DNA of 59,046 nucleotides, filler included, from 4 parts of 4 records of this genome joined end to end with filler, not necessarily neighbours in it; one strand, 5' to 3'. Positions 11,883-25,813 are shown, numbered from the whole stretch's first letter. Notes: generated from the sequence alone by a model not told the origin. A program made the numbers and translations.

Positions 11883-14800
11883 ATGACTGCCAGCACTGCC
11901 CCGCAGCTGCACCGCGCACGGGCTCGGCAGAGGCGCCAAATACTACTGGGAGTGCTGGTGGCGTCACTGATCTGGATAACTTGTGATGCCAAGCCAAGCG
12001 GGAAGACAGCTGCCAAAGCACTGGTCAAGGAAGGAAGAGCCTTAGAGGAGCGCGGAATGGTAGGGGCGGCGCTTGGCAAGTATGAGGAGGCGGTTGCGGC
12101 ACACCCGGAGTCGGCGCCGGGTCGCCTGGCCCTGGGAACCCTGCTGGGTCTGGAAGGGAAGGTGGAGCGTGCCGTGGAACACCTCGAACATGCAATTAGA
12201 CTCAAGCCCGTGTCACCTGCGGGCTACATCAACATGGGCAGCGTGCTGTATGATGCTGGGCGGTATCAGCAGGCGGTACAGACTTATCAGCAAGGGATCC
12301 AGGCGGTGCAGGACGGGTCGCGTGATGGCGACAACAGGGCTTCGGAGGGCCTCGCCGCGCTGAGACGCAACGCTGCCGAGGCATACCGCGCGTCAGGCAA
12401 CATGGCCGGGGCGCTAACCGTGATGGAGTCCGAATGGGGAAGTGATATCGCTGAGTGCACGGATATCATAGACTTGCGCGTGAGTAACCCGGGCTCATTC
12501 GGGTCTGAGCAGGACCAGCTAGTCGCCTCATCCTTTGCGGCGTGCAACCGGGCGTGCCGCCAGGCCGGCATATCAATCCGCGTTATTGAGGCCACGGGGA
12601 CAAGCGCAGTGCGCAAACTGGTCGAGCACAACTTAGGAACCGAGGCGCTGCTGACTCTCCGTGAGTTGATGCAAGCCACCAAGCTCGCATTCACGCCATG
12701 GTTGCTCCTGCTCGGTTCGCTGTTTGAGATGGCGGTGGCGGGGAACCCTGGCCTCGAGAATGCAGTAGGCGGCCGGGTGCGGGAACTGCGACGGTGAGTG
12801 TATGCGCGATGGTGTCATGGTGGCACCGAGATGACCGGCATTCCGCAGTGATGGTGGCGACTTCAAACGGTGGTTTGACCTCGGACTTGAGCTTGACCAC
12901 TTGGGCCTTCCATCGCACTCGGTTATTGCATTCGAGGTGAGGCATTCCCTGCGGGCGCGGTCGAAACACTTCGGGCAGTCATATTCACTTCCGGTGGCCA
13001 GGCCGCTCACGCGATTAACCCTCGAGTCCATTCGGCTGCATATCAGGTCGGATATGCGTATTACCGCATGCACGGCTTCTTTGATAAGGTAAGAGGCAGT
13101 GTGCTCTCATGATCTCGCCGGGCCACTGACACGTGTGTATTGCAGGCCCGCAAGTACTTCCAGCTGTCGCTAGAGCTCGACGAAGGCGGGATTGATGCGG
13201 ACAACAAAGCCGCCACGCACAATGCCCTTGCTGCGTGCTGGGTCATGACCCATGTCAATATCACGCAGGTTCGCATCCCATCGCCACACCGTCGCAGCTC
13301 CGCTTGACGAATATTTGCAGGGAATTCATCACTACCGGGAGTCCCTCAAGGCCAAGTGGAACCAGGCCGCATTCACGAACCTAATCCATTCGCTGGTGCG
13401 GGTGTGCGACTGGCGCTCTGGACTTGGCAACCTCCTGGAGGAGCTTCAGTCCGCCCTTGCTACCGGCAAGATCAGGTATGCGGGGTCACAACACCTCATT
13501 GATGCTCGAGCTGAATCGCTGCGTCCAGCGGGGCCGGCGCATGGACAGCGCTGGCCTATCCTCTAGATAACAAAGTTAAGGTCGTGATCAACAAGAAGGA
13601 ATGGGAGTCGGTTCGACGCTCGGCAGAGGGACCGGCAGAGTCGTTCCGGCAAGCACCCCTGGCGCCAGTGGATGAAGGAGGAAGGTTAAAGCTCATGTAT
13701 GTGAGCTACGACTGGGGAGTCCATCCCGTGGGCGTATTGATGCAGAATGTACCCCAGCTGCACGACCGCGAGCGTTTCCACACCAGCGGTTGGTGCACAT
13801 TATTATCGTGTATTTGCACGACGGTGCTGATGCGCTATCCAGTGGTTTTTCTAAATGGACAAGACACGTCGTCCGAGCGCGCGAGGGTGGTGCGAGGTGC
13901 CGACTTGATCGTGGAGGCGAGCCAGCTCGACACGACAACACTGGCCCAGCAAATCAATTCAATGGGAATCCACGTGCTTGTGGACCTTCAAGGTTACACC
14001 CAGGGCGCGCGCACGGAACTGTTTGCCATGCGGGCAGCACGGATTCAGGTACATCGCAGAGTTCCATCCATATCTGACCAGGCCACATCGAATTGTCTGA
14101 CTGTCGTGATCTCTCAGGTCCACTACCTCGGTTTCCCCGCGACTATGGGCGGGGATGTGTACAGCCATATCATCGGGGACCGTGTAACGAACCCTCCAGA
14201 GCTGTCGCATATGTTCACGGAGAGGATTGCGACGGTGCCCGAGACTTACATGGTCAGCGACTACCAGCAGAGCAGCAGGCAGGAGCTACTTGTCGACAAG
14301 GAATCCTTGGCCGAGACACACTCCATCCGATCCCAGCTGGACGGGGCCGGGTCTGAGCTGGGGCCTGATGGGCATTCATTTGTGTTCTGCAACTTCAACC
14401 ACCTCCACAAGCTTGATCAGGGCACATTCAAGTTGTGGGGAAAGATACTGAAGAAGGCCCCGCACGCGCGCCTGTGGCTGCTGCGGTACCCTGAGGAGGC
14501 AGAGATATTCTTGACGAAGGAGGCCGAGCGGGCCGGACTAGGCGGGCGTGTCGTGTTCACTTCCAAGATCTCTTCGATGCACATGGTTGTGAAGCAGGTC
14601 TGCAGCGTATTCCTCGACACCCGCCACTACAGTGCCCACGTTTCCGCGCTCGACAGCGTCTGGGGCGCGCAGGTCCCGATCTTGACGTATGACCGCCACT
14701 AGCGCCCGCATTTGCGTCTACTCACACCGTTTTGCGCAGGGTGCCTGGGGACTCCATGACGAGCCGGGGGAGCTCGTCCCTGATGGCCGCCATCGGCCTG

Positions 14801-15122
14801 CCTTGGCTTGTAGCACGGGACAACGACGAATACATTGAGTTGGGTACGGCCAGCCGCGGGGACTGTGAATTTGACGCGCTTGTGCTGAATCCCACATGCA
14901 GGTCTCAGGTTTGCTCGTGATCCTCCCTTTTATAAGAAGGTCCGTGATCTTGTTAAGGTACGAAGGCTCACATCCGGCGCATTTGATACAAGGAGGTTTG
15001 TTCGCGGCTTCGAGGACACTGTGCTTGCCATATATGACACGACAAATAAGGAGTCTTGGCGCCGCAAGTATGTGGGAGACTCGGCCAAGAACGCGATGAA
15101 CATCATTGGCAATCATGCGTGA
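11883..15122 (+). CDS. TPR + GT41 O-GlcNAc-transferase-like (OGT/SEC-type) protein with an N-terminal signal peptide/anchor (multi-exon)
   Basis: TPRs, then AFTNLIHSLVRVCDW, YVSYDWGVHPVG, LVDLQGYTQGARTELFA, YLGFPATMG, FCNFNHLHKLD, LWLLRYP, DTRHYSAH and VPGDSMTSR, all colinear with OGT catalytic motifs. Last exon ends ...NIIGNHA-TGA at 15120-15122. Confidence 0.85.
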
Positions 15123-15183
15123 CAGGAGTATCTCCATTGTACGATCCGGCATTAATTTATTTGAGGTGGATCCCGCTCCGCTT

Positions 15184-18100
15184 TCACAACGGCGCGGCTC
15201 GTGCTGCCTTGATCTTGCTCAATTCTGTTTCGGACAACGCCCTGTTGTAAACGAACATGTCCAGGATGTCGCCGTTGTAAGGACGCGCAGACTTCGACTG
15301 AATATCTATATAAATCGTAAGGACACAAATTCAACAAGGTATCTTTCAAGAAGGGAACTCACCGCTCTCTGTTTTGGCCTCCGGGACTGGACCCCTGCCC
15401 AGCTTTCCCGTCATCACAGGCGCACGGCCGTCCGTCATGGGCACTTCCAACCGCTTAAATCCGCAGCTATTCCCGTCGATGATCAGGTGTGCCTCCGGAT
15501 GACAAACGCGGAGGACAACGCTGTGCCAGTCACCGTCGGGCAGCCCGGCCTTGTCCCACGTAAGCACGACATTCTTCCCGTTATTTCCGTGGTAGTGGAA
15601 CGTGAAGCCCCCCTTTCGGGATGGAGCGAGGTGCAGCCCGCAGTAAGTCTTCTCCTCATTCGACTTCAATATCACAAACCCTCCCTCCTCCTTCCCCCTC
15701 TGCCTCATGGTCACACCAATAGTGAAACAGTGAACGAGACTCCACTTCGGCGAGGACTCGGCGCCCGTGACCACAAACCCGTCTACGCAGCCACAGTTCG
15801 TGCTGCCAGCGTCTCCGCCCCACACGGCGTCGGCACTGTGTCCGCTCAGGTCAGTCACATGACCTTCCTGCTCGATAGACCTGCCGGGGGGCGAGTATTG
15901 GGCCACCAGTGCAAGGTCCAGATTCTCGATGTTCTTCTTCGTTACGCCCATGGCCTTGACGTCGACGCGCACCATCGGCGCCTCCTGCACGAAGTTCTGA
16001 ATCATGTCCCACGTCATCTCCAGCTCCGTTTCCACAACCTTCGCCTCTGTCGGCCAGTGCTGCCGCCCAAACTCACACAGCATTGAGAAGCACCCCTGAC
16101 GATAAAACCAGTCTATCTCGGTGCCAAGTACCGGGTGTTTGTACTCGTGGCATAAGGGAAACTCGTCGATCAAGAGGAAATATCCCTGCCCGTGGGTGTA
16201 CATATCACCGGTGCAACCGCGCATACTCGCTCCGATTCTCTCATAGTCTGCCGCATTGGGACACGGCGCCGTCTGGTCTCCCCAAGGGTACATCAGCAGC
16301 CGCCCGTGCGAGTGTGTGGACATGAACGCCTGGAAGTGGAATCTCAACTGGAGGTCCATCAGCGCCTTAACAGGGGCAGCAATCGCCTTAGCGCTCTTCT
16401 CGGACCCTTCCTGCGCACGAGGGAAATTGCGGCTGGGGTCCACCCCGTCCACCTTTCTAGTATTGGAGATAAAACTATCAGGCGACACCATCGGAACGAA
16501 GTATATCTCGCGGGTGTCCATCAGCCTCGTCACCCCTTCATCATGACCGTAGAGCGCTAGGAAGCGCTGGAGGTAGCACATGTTCAGTGACGTTGACAGT
16601 TTTTCCTTCCCGTGTATTGCCGCCGTCAAGAGCACCCGCGGCTTGCTCTTGGGTGTTCTAGGCATGGCCCGCGGTCCGGTCACCCTCAAGTAGAACATGT
16701 CGTATCCACGCGTGGACTTGCCATACACCGCCAGCTCCGCCAGCTTCGGGTATACCTCCACCAGCTTGTTGAGAGTTGAGTAGATTTCTTCATAGGACCA
16801 GAATCGGGCCGGGGGGATGAAGGGGCCAATCTTTGCCTCTACGGCGTCGATATCCGCGGGTACCGGCGTCACCACCTGTGCAGGAAGGACGCAATCGTAC
16901 TTGGGGATGGACATGAACAGCCCTGACGACCGCAACGTCTTGCTGTACTGCTTCCTCTGATCGTTCATCAGCTTCACAACGTTGGCTCTCCCCAGCGCGA
17001 TGGAATAGAAATTCGTCACGGCCATGTGTCCGACGAACCTGCTGTCGTTCGGTGGCCGCTTGCCCAGCCACATTTGCGAGTTCGAATTTACAAAGGGGCC
17101 CGACAACTTGCGGATGCCCTGTTCAATACCATCTACATATAAGATCACATACGGATGTGACATTACCAGAGCAACATGGTGCCAATGGCCATTGTCCACG
17201 GGGGTCATCAAATTTTTCCAAGACACCGACTGTGGGCCTTCGGGTGTTCTATAATAAAATACCATGCCGTGCTCGGCAGGGTTGCTGGCGTACAGCGCGG
17301 CGTGCCGGTGGTTCTCAGGCATTGCGACCTTGCAAAAGAGATACCCGGCCGACATCTGCGGCATCCGCACCCACATTGCGACCGAGAACGATTCTTGGAG
17401 ATTCCACTCCGGCGCCACCTCGGATCCAGCAATCACCACATGGTTTCCAAACTTGACACCATCGGCCGCACCACACACTTCCCCAGCAAATCCATTCCCG
17501 GACTCATCGGGCACCATGCCGTCCACGCTCGTGACGTAGCGCGCAAGCAGCGCCGTCTCAATATCCACCAGGCTGCCGCACCCCTCCAAGATCACACCGG
17601 AGTCCACTTCCGGCTTGATGCTTTTGTCCTTCTTGGCTCTGGGCTCGTGGCTCGATCGCTTCTTCCCCGAGCTCGCCTTGCTAGTCCCAGGAGCCTGCGT
17701 CGACTTCACCCGTGAGGGCCGCCGCATGATCATTTGCTGGGATGAGCCCTTGGTAGATGCCTTGGATTTCGAGGTGTTGTACGATGAGGCTCGGACGAGC
17801 GGCTTCGGCTCAGCCGGAGAAGTCGGGAGTGAGCCCTTTCGCTTGGAAGACGGGGAGGCGTCTTGAGAGACTTTGGACCTGGACTTGGGCGTAACCGGGT
17901 CAGTGGACGCCGGCATGTACACCTCAAGCGGTGAGCTCGGCGCCGTTCCTGTTGACTCCGACGCACTGTCAGACTGCGACAATGCCGAGCGTGCGGAATG
18001 CACTGAGCGTGCAGAACGGGGTGTCTTGATCGATCTCGCATCGCCCTGTGAGCTGGAGCTGTTTGAAGTGCCCGGCCGGGATTCCGCGCCGTCAGTACTT

Positions 18101-19668
18101 CCATCGGAATCAGATTCGTTGATGGGCCTGTTACATGCGGACCCATTCACCACAAATTCCTCCGCCATTGACCTTGCTGACATGGGCTCCTGGCATTCCG
18201 AGGCCCCCTCATCACACTCGCTACTACTTCCGTTATCACTGGCACTTCCATCTCCGGCCACAGAGCCCTCTCCAGTCATATCAGACCCGCCACACTCGTC
18301 AGCATCCGGGCAGAAGCGCTGCCCACGCGACTCCGAGCCCCCGTTGTCGCTGGCCGGACCGCTATTCTCACACTCGCCGCACGATTTCTCAACACTTTGC
18401 TCGGAATCCTGCGGCTCCGACGATATATCGATAAAGGTCTCCGACTTATTGCTCAAGGTGCTGGGGCTAGTAGGGCTGCAAATGGCCCTTGGAGTCTGGA
18501 AAGTGGAATGGACCTTGCTTCCGTGGCCGGCCGTGGCTTCGGGAGTACGGGGCTTGCCAATCGAAGCATCCGAGCCGTTTCGTAAGAGGCTCCTCTGAGC
18601 ATCATCCCGCGGGACATGCGACCGGCTGTCGTCACCTAGGGCCACAATCTGAGTGCCCAGCATCTCCTGTGCTGGTCCCATCTTCTGCTGACACGGCTGA
18701 GCGGTCTCTGCAGATGCCTGGATACCCACGATTCGCGGAACCTCGATCACCCTCAAGTCGGCACCCTGCCGCGATGCGACACCGCGACCAGACACGCTCC
18801 CAACGCGGGCCTGCCAACCACCATCCCCCCGGCCTTGAGCACCCACCCCAGGACTCCTTGTCATAACAGGTGGCGGACGAAGCTTTACCATCGAGTTTGA
18901 TGGCCGCCTCGAAAGTGCGCCGGCACTGGTTTCATCTGGAAAGGATACAACATTGACGACCCCGTGAGGGTCGCGCCGCGCCTCATCAGAACTTGGCCGT
19001 CCCGTCGCCTCTGCCGCTGCTTGCCCATGTGCACGAGCAGAGCTCAGCGGGCCTTCTACCTCCTTCGGGGCGGCCTCCGGAACGGAGGTGCTTCGACTCC
19101 CAGAGATACCCGTGGAAAGGGAGGAGGTGCTCTTCGTCTTGAGCACGCCGCGCTTCTTCAGCGACGACCGAAGATTCACCACGGGATCACCTGGAGAACT
19201 AAGTGCCACTTGAAGGTCTGTCAAAACCGTATAAATAAACGATGCCGGCTCCTCCGGCTTCCTCATGACCAGCTGTGCATAGAGAATCTCCAATAGTCTA
19301 TAAATATCATGTTCCAGCAAATAAGCATCAACCTCATATAGAGGTCTCACAGTAACCGGTGGTTTGTCCAGCCCTACCCCAGTTAGTCTCTTTTCGCCCT
19401 TCCAGTACTCCTTCACCGTGGACGTAATAAAGGGAAGCGGGCGGGCTGGAGTCTTGTATACGAGGCGGTGGCACACAGTTTGAAGGAGCTCCAGTGCCAT
19501 TCTGCTTTTCAGGTACTGCTCAGCGGCATCGATGTGACTCTTCCCAGGGGCGCTGAATGGGGCTCCCACCAAATGCCAGGCCCCCGATATCCACCACCTG
19601 TCACCCCGAGGTGCTGTGGTGCTTGACCTGACCAGGGTGGCCCCCTTCACCCCAGACGATCTCTCCAT
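15184..19668 (-). CDS. Multidomain protein: two RIIa/Dpy-30-like docking domains, Ser-rich linker, LamG, M14 zinc carboxypeptidase, LamG
   Basis: Docking-like segments AEQYLKSRMALELLQ...LVYKTPARPLPFI and YLLEHDIYRLLE...LVMRKPEEPASFI. LamG WHHVALV...LYVDG. M14 motifs AIHGKE, RKVDGVDPSRNF, HSHG...YPWG and CEFG. A final intron leads to exon YNGDILDMFVYNRALSETE, which completes the second LamG (stop at 15184). The start is uncertain; ATG 19668 was chosen. Confidence 0.75.
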
Positions 19669-20529
19669 ATGGACAATGTGGATTTCTACTTTTCGGTGCA
19701 AACACATATTTGCACCAACCGCCGGCACGTACCAAACATACGCCCAAATTGTGCCTCGCAGGCAGTGTCCGCCCTTGGTGAGACACGGCTCAGTCGCGCC
19801 CAACCTCATCAGGGGCGCTTGGTCACGTTTGTTCAGAAATGGTCGGGGACCGGCTGGTGATCGAGTCGACTGGCCGGCGGTTCGGCAGGCAGGGGATACC
19901 GAACCGGCCCGTTCATGATTCCTCGCGGGCTGCCCGGCCCGGCAGGCGGCGCGTCGTGGTTCACTGCTTGGCCGACGTGTCGGGTGCTCCGTGCGGCCAG
20001 CCCCGGGGCTTGACCGCAGGGGACTGATGACAGCACGGCTCCCGGTCCGACCGGCCAAGCACAGTTTACCAAGCGTCGGGGACCCGCCGACTCGATCGGG
20101 CCACTGAAGCTGGGCAGTCTTCGGATCTCCCGATTCGAGATTGTAAGGGGCAACTCCATAGAATTCTCACCAGGTTTATAGCGGTTAGCGCAATATGAAC
20201 ACAAGAAGACAGGCGCTGGCCGAACTAAATGACACGCTGCCAGGGCGGCCCGGCCGCCGGCGGGCCGCGACGACGGCCCCAGCGGCGCGGCTGGGCCCCG
20301 GAGCGGGCCGCCGCAACCACACGCTGCGCTGAGGGTTATTGGCCCGGGCGGCGCCGGGGCCGCGACAGAGCCAGTGCCGGCCCCTGGGCCCCGGGCGGTC
20401 GCCCGGGTCAGTTCAGTGGCGAGACCGGCGCCGGCGGCCCGGTCGGAACCCTGTCCCTATGCCTGCGGTCCCTGTTCTAAATATAGATATAGACAGTATT
20501 TCACGGTGCACACAAGAACGAAAACGCTA

Positions 20530-22253
20530 ATGGCTACAGCGAAAGACGCACCGCTCAAGTTTGAACTCCTCGCTGAGTGCGGCAGGGCACGTGCTGCTGA
20601 CTTGACCCTTCCTCACGGGACAGTGGACCTTCCTATGTTTATGCCTGTCGGAACGCAAGGTGGCGCGTTCTTGTACGTTGCTGAACGTCCGTCTGATTTT
20701 ATTGGTTTTTAGGCACAATCAAGGGAATAACATCCGACCAAATGAAGGAGTTGAACTGCAAAATTCTTCTCGGCAACACATACCACCTTGCCAACCGGCC
20801 TACTGGTACCAATTAAGTGTGTAATTTGATCTCTCGTAGTTGACCATATCGCCGCGTAGGGGATACCCTTGAAGAAATGAATGGCCTGCACGATTTCATG
20901 AACTGGCATGGTAACATCCTCACGGACAGCGGAGGTTTTCAGATGGTTTCGTTGCTGAAATTAGCAGAGTTTACTGAGGTGAGGGCACCAAACTCAGGTT
21001 CTGAAAGGATGGTAACAATGTTTTTCAATAGGAAGGAGTCACATTCCAATCCCCGATAGATGGCACCAAAATGTTGCTTACGCCAGAAATGTCGATACAC
21101 TTACAGAACCAGGTGGGTTTTGGTCTAGCATCACGCTGTCTTTGGCAGAGCTAATGGATACTATCTAGATTGGATCCGACATAATGATGGCCCTAGATGA
21201 TGTTGTTCACAGGTGTGCGGTGCCCATGCACGTCTGACCCTGACGTTCTTATAAATAACCGTGTCTGTGTAACAGCACCACGACGGGCCCCAGGCTGGAG
21301 GAGGCTTGCCACAGGACAACAAGGTGGCTGGATAGATGCATTGCAGCCCATGCGAGACCGAAGGACCAGAATCTGTTCGGCATTGTGCAGGGAGGATTGA
21401 ATAAGGAACTCCGGGATGTGTCCTTGCGAGGTGAGAAGGAATATCTACCTATTATGGGGGGGGGGATAGTCTGACTAACGATTTGCAGACTTGATAGCTA
21501 GAGATTTGCCCGGGTATGCAATCGGTGGCCTGTCTGGAGGGGAAGAGAAATCCGCATTTTGGAGGGTGGTTAGTCAATGCACCAAGGCGCTCCCAAAAAA
21601 CAAGCCCATGTATGTGTGCGAATTTTAGTGCGAGCCGTCACTGAGTGCAGTTCCTTTGTAGATATTGTATGGGAGTCGGGTATGCCGTGGATATGATTGT
21701 CTGTGTGGCTCTAGGCGTGGACATGTTTGGTACGAGGATGTAGATTGATCGGGATGAGTTGCTTATGGGGTCTCGATTTGCCAGATTGCGTCTACCCGTG
21801 CCGGACAGCCCGATTCGGGACTGCATTGGTCCCATCGGGGACGATGCGGCTTGGAATGAAAGCGTATAAGAACGATCAAAGACCCATCGACGAGAATTGT
21901 GAGTGCAAGGTTTGCAAAGTGTATTCCCGTGCATACCTCCATAACGTGGTTCAAAAAACCCGAGCCTCGTCTCAGCTAGTAACGTATGGGCTGTTGAGTG
22001 TGCCTCGATGTATTGCAATTGTTGATCCTGCAGCAGCTATCACAACATCCATTACCAGTTATCTCTGATGCGAAAAGCTCGGCAGGCCATCATTGACCAA
22101 ACCTTCCCCGACTTTGTGCGAAAGTTTATGAAGTTGCAGTTCCCGGTCTCCAGCGATGGGCTGCACCATTATCCCACGTGGGTTGTAGATGCCCTGCTAG
22201 ATGCGGGCATCGAGTTGGAAGATGGTGTGGCCGATGAGAATGTCAAGGCTTGA
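20530..22253 (+). CDS. QTRT1: Queuine tRNA-ribosyltransferase catalytic subunit (eukaryotic type, multi-exon)
   Basis: Spliced [72 protein letters not shown], and zinc site CECKVC...YHN. DDVV and GGLSGGE are eukaryote-type. Confidence 0.95.
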
Positions 22254-22378
22254 GCGCCGCATGTGGAATGCACGCAGCACCATCCCTCTGGTAACGATGA
22301 AGCCACCGTTTCTTCGCAACCAACCCTCACCTTGGCGAGTCAACGCTGGGTTCAGTAAAACTGAGTTTAATCACTTTT

Positions 22379-25031
22379 TCACTTCTTCTTTCCTTGCTTC
22401 CCCTTGGCGCCGGCCGCCGCGCCGGCTGCACCCTTCGTAGGAGATGGGGCCGCAGCAGCCTTTTTCGCGGCCTCGGCACTCTTCGCTGCTGCGGCTGCTT
22501 CTATTTTTAGGGCTCGCTCAACCGCCATGTCCAGTTCGGTGAATGTGATTTCAATCCCCTTAGCCTCGGCCTCCTTGCGCAGACCTATCATCTCCTTCTT
22601 ATGCTCCTTCGAGATCTCGTCGAACTCTTTAGTCTTCTGAATGGTCTCCTCCAGCTTCTTGCGAATCTCGCTATACAACACCGTCAATCAGTCAGCAGGA
22701 ACAAAGACAATGAACCCAACATACTCGAGCTTCTTGCTCTTGTTTTCTTTAAGGTCCTTCACTCGCGCGATGACTTCCTCGAGTTCGTTCTCCAGCGGCT
22801 CCGTTTCCTGCTTTCGGTTCAGGAAACCAAGTAATACTGAACGATACAAAACGGTTTACCCACCTCCGTTTCCACTGTCAAATCCTTCTCCGACTCTTCA
22901 ATCATTTCTTGGTAGTTCACTTTAGCAGTGGCAAGATCATGCACCCTCTGCTGGTACTGGTCCCTGGCCTCATGGATAGTCAGATCCACTTGCTCCACTT
23001 GTGTTTGCAATTTCTTCTTTGTGCTTTCGGCTTTCACAAGCATTAGCTCTTTCTCAGACTCGACATCAGCGATCTCTTGTTCAACTTCGGCGCGGATCCT
23101 CTTTTTGTCTTCGAGTATCACCGTGGTTTGAATGAGCTTCTCTTGCTGATAAAGCAGCCGGTAGATGTCTTTTCGAAGCATGTTCGGCTCTACCGACTAC
23201 CACCAATCACCATCAGACCATGGCCTCCAACAAGAATGGACAAGACCGGACCATACCTTCACGATGTCTAGATTCCTCTTGCAGACCTGCTTCAAGGCAC
23301 GCAATGTCTTGTTGGCAATCCGATTGCCCCGCATTTCTATGTGTAACAAGGAGCGACTGTTTTTGATGTGTCCCAGCATATCCTTCGCGCCCTCTTCGGT
23401 AAAGAAATTATTGTACAAATTCAACTTCGTCAGGCTGTTATTTGCAGCTACAGCGCGCGCCACGGCCATCCCTTTACAGGAGTTGTCAGAGCAACGACAC
23501 GCATTGAACCCTGCACGGATACACACCTCCCTCATCTGTAATCTTTGCTCCACTGATCTCCAGATGAGATAGCACACGATTTCTAAACATCTGTGAGACA
23601 AGCTCAAACACGAGTTCCACAAAACATACTTCTTTAGGGCATCCCCAAATGCCCTGGCGCCCACATCCTTGAGCTTGTTCCCGTTGAGTCTCAACTGTAC
23701 CAATACATCGTTCACAGACACCGCAGCGGCAAGAGCCAACGCCCCATCCTCCTAATTACAAGGGCGACGTCATGAGAACATTGCAGTGAGGGCGGCACCG
23801 TTTCCACACAAACCTGGATGTTGTTGTGTGAGGCCCTCAAATACGTCAAAGTTTGGTTAACCGCCAACGCTCGAGACATGGCGATTGCGCCTTCGTTCCC
23901 CATCAAGTTTCGCTCTATGTCAATCACCACCAAAGTTCGATTATATTTCTGTGTAGAAAGTCTAATAAGGGGCATTGCAACGTAAACCCCGGCCGAGGAC
24001 TTTACCTCAAGCACGTCGGCGAGCGCACGGACACCAGACATGCCGAGCTCATTGTTCTTAATCTCCAAAACTTCCAAAGCCGTGTTCACCCTCAACATAT
24101 TTCCCAATGCGGCGCCGGCTTCGGGCCCAAGCTGATTCCCACTCAAGTTAAGATGGCGAAGTGTCGTGTTGCCTTCCAGAGCCTATCAAGTCCACCGTCA
24201 CAATTGGTAATGAACTCACACAGTCAATCTCTTACACTTCCAATCACAACAGCAGAGTCACTTCCCAAATAGTTCCGTCCCAAGTCCAGCGTTCGAAGCG
24301 TCGTATTCACTTTCACCATGCTAGCAAATGCCTCGATGACCTCACCTCTGTTCGGGTTTCCCAGTGCGCACCTCGACAAGCTCAAGCTCGTCAAACTCTC
24401 GTTGATGGAGAGAGCCTGCAAGTTGACGGGGAGTTAGTTCAAGGCACCACAACGCGCATTCGCGCAACGCTACTTACATCAGCTAGTGCTGCACCCGACT
24501 CAGAGTCCAGCGTGTTGCTCGACCGCGCGTCCTCCGCAGAGCCCATGCTCAGTATAGTAAGCTGCACTTCCGTTAGTGTCTTGCAGGGTGACACCGCCAG
24601 TCCAACTTACGGAACGGTTCTTCTTCAACTGCTCAGCCAAGGCGAGCCCTCCCGATGGACCTATGTCATTACTTCCAAAGTTCAGGACCCGCAGGTTTTC
24701 GTTGCTTTGTAGCAATTGAGTCATTGCCATCAGTCCAATATCCCTAACGACTACAAATCGAGTAGTCAGCCTCCGTCCTATCAGTGTTCTGCCCTCACCC
24801 ACAGTTCCCATAAAGGTCCACTTTCGTCACCGTTTCGTCATTGCGTAAAGCCTTGGTGATCACCAAGCTGGAGTTCACGCCCAAGCGGTTCGAACGCAGT
24901 ACAAGACTACTTTCGGAGCAGTTCTTCTGAACTGTTTCAAGGAATTGAGTCGAAGCATCTCGGGTGGGTTGCTCGCCAGTATCTCGACACCTTGCGATGA
25001 AGAGATCATGAATAGCTTCTTTCGTATTCAT
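22379..25031 (-). CDS. RNI-like (NLRC3-type) leucine-rich-repeat protein with a C-terminal coiled coil and Lys-rich tail (multi-exon)
   Basis: Repeated 28-aa units such as NTTLRTLDLGRNYLG, NTALEVLEIKNNELG and NNSLTKLNLYNNFF across ORF fragments joined by GT-AG introns. Ends ...AKGKQGKKK. Confidence 0.82.
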
Positions 25032-25813
25032 TGCGCAATGCGCGAGCTAGCCCTGAGCTCCGTACTTTTCAAACTTCAGATAGTCTTCTAGTTGAACCGG
25101 AGAAGTGAGTCTCCAATGTCGTGAAACTTTTGCTGTAGTCGGTCATGAGGCAAAGTTCAGTGCACACAGTTGAGTCACACGAGTTTGATTGGAGAAATGG
25201 CCTCTTCGGCGCACCAACTGACGGACGAGTCTGGCCGGGCCCACCGCCGGCGGGCGGGGTCGAAGGGTTCTCTCGGATCGTCGACCCGGGCCCGGCCGGG
25301 CCGGCCCGCTGCCGGAGGCTGACGCTCCGGCCTGGCGGCGGTTCGAGAACTCCTCAGACTACGGGACAGAGACGTGGAGCCGTGGCCTCCTGCGGACCGC
25401 GGCCGCTCGCCAAGGCGGTCCGGCCGCCCCCGCGGCCTCGGGGCGCAAAGGACGACCGCGACCGACCGGACTGGTTCCGGTGGCCGGCGCCGTCGATCGG
25501 GCGCCGGGGGCCGGCGCGGGTGAGCGGAGCCCGTCCGGGCTGGGCGTCCAGCGCCGCCCGGGGCCAACGTCCCAAGTTTTTCAAAACAATTCATTCGAGG
25601 GTAGCTAATGATCCAATGACTCCATATATGGACTCCAAAACATTCAATTTTTGAGGATTTCGTATGATTTTTAGCCTGTGGTGAAACACGCGGCACTTGC
25701 AGCGAATTCAGTAATTATACTACCTTGTTTGCTGAAGATATTCTTTTAACTGCTGACAATCACGACGCGGATCTAATAAGAAGGGAGAAGCAAAATCTGT
25801 GTGCAAGCTCTCA

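Noticed and set aside
19669-20058. N-terminal 130 aa of the 1570-aa ORF, and the similar extension 11580-11882
   Set aside because: They begin at non-ATG codons within GC islands and are likely untranslated.
20530-25031. In-frame stops and frameshifts suggesting pseudogenes or a variant genetic code
   Set aside because: Where traced, they are removed by canonical short GT-AG introns, and the spliced proteins are intact.
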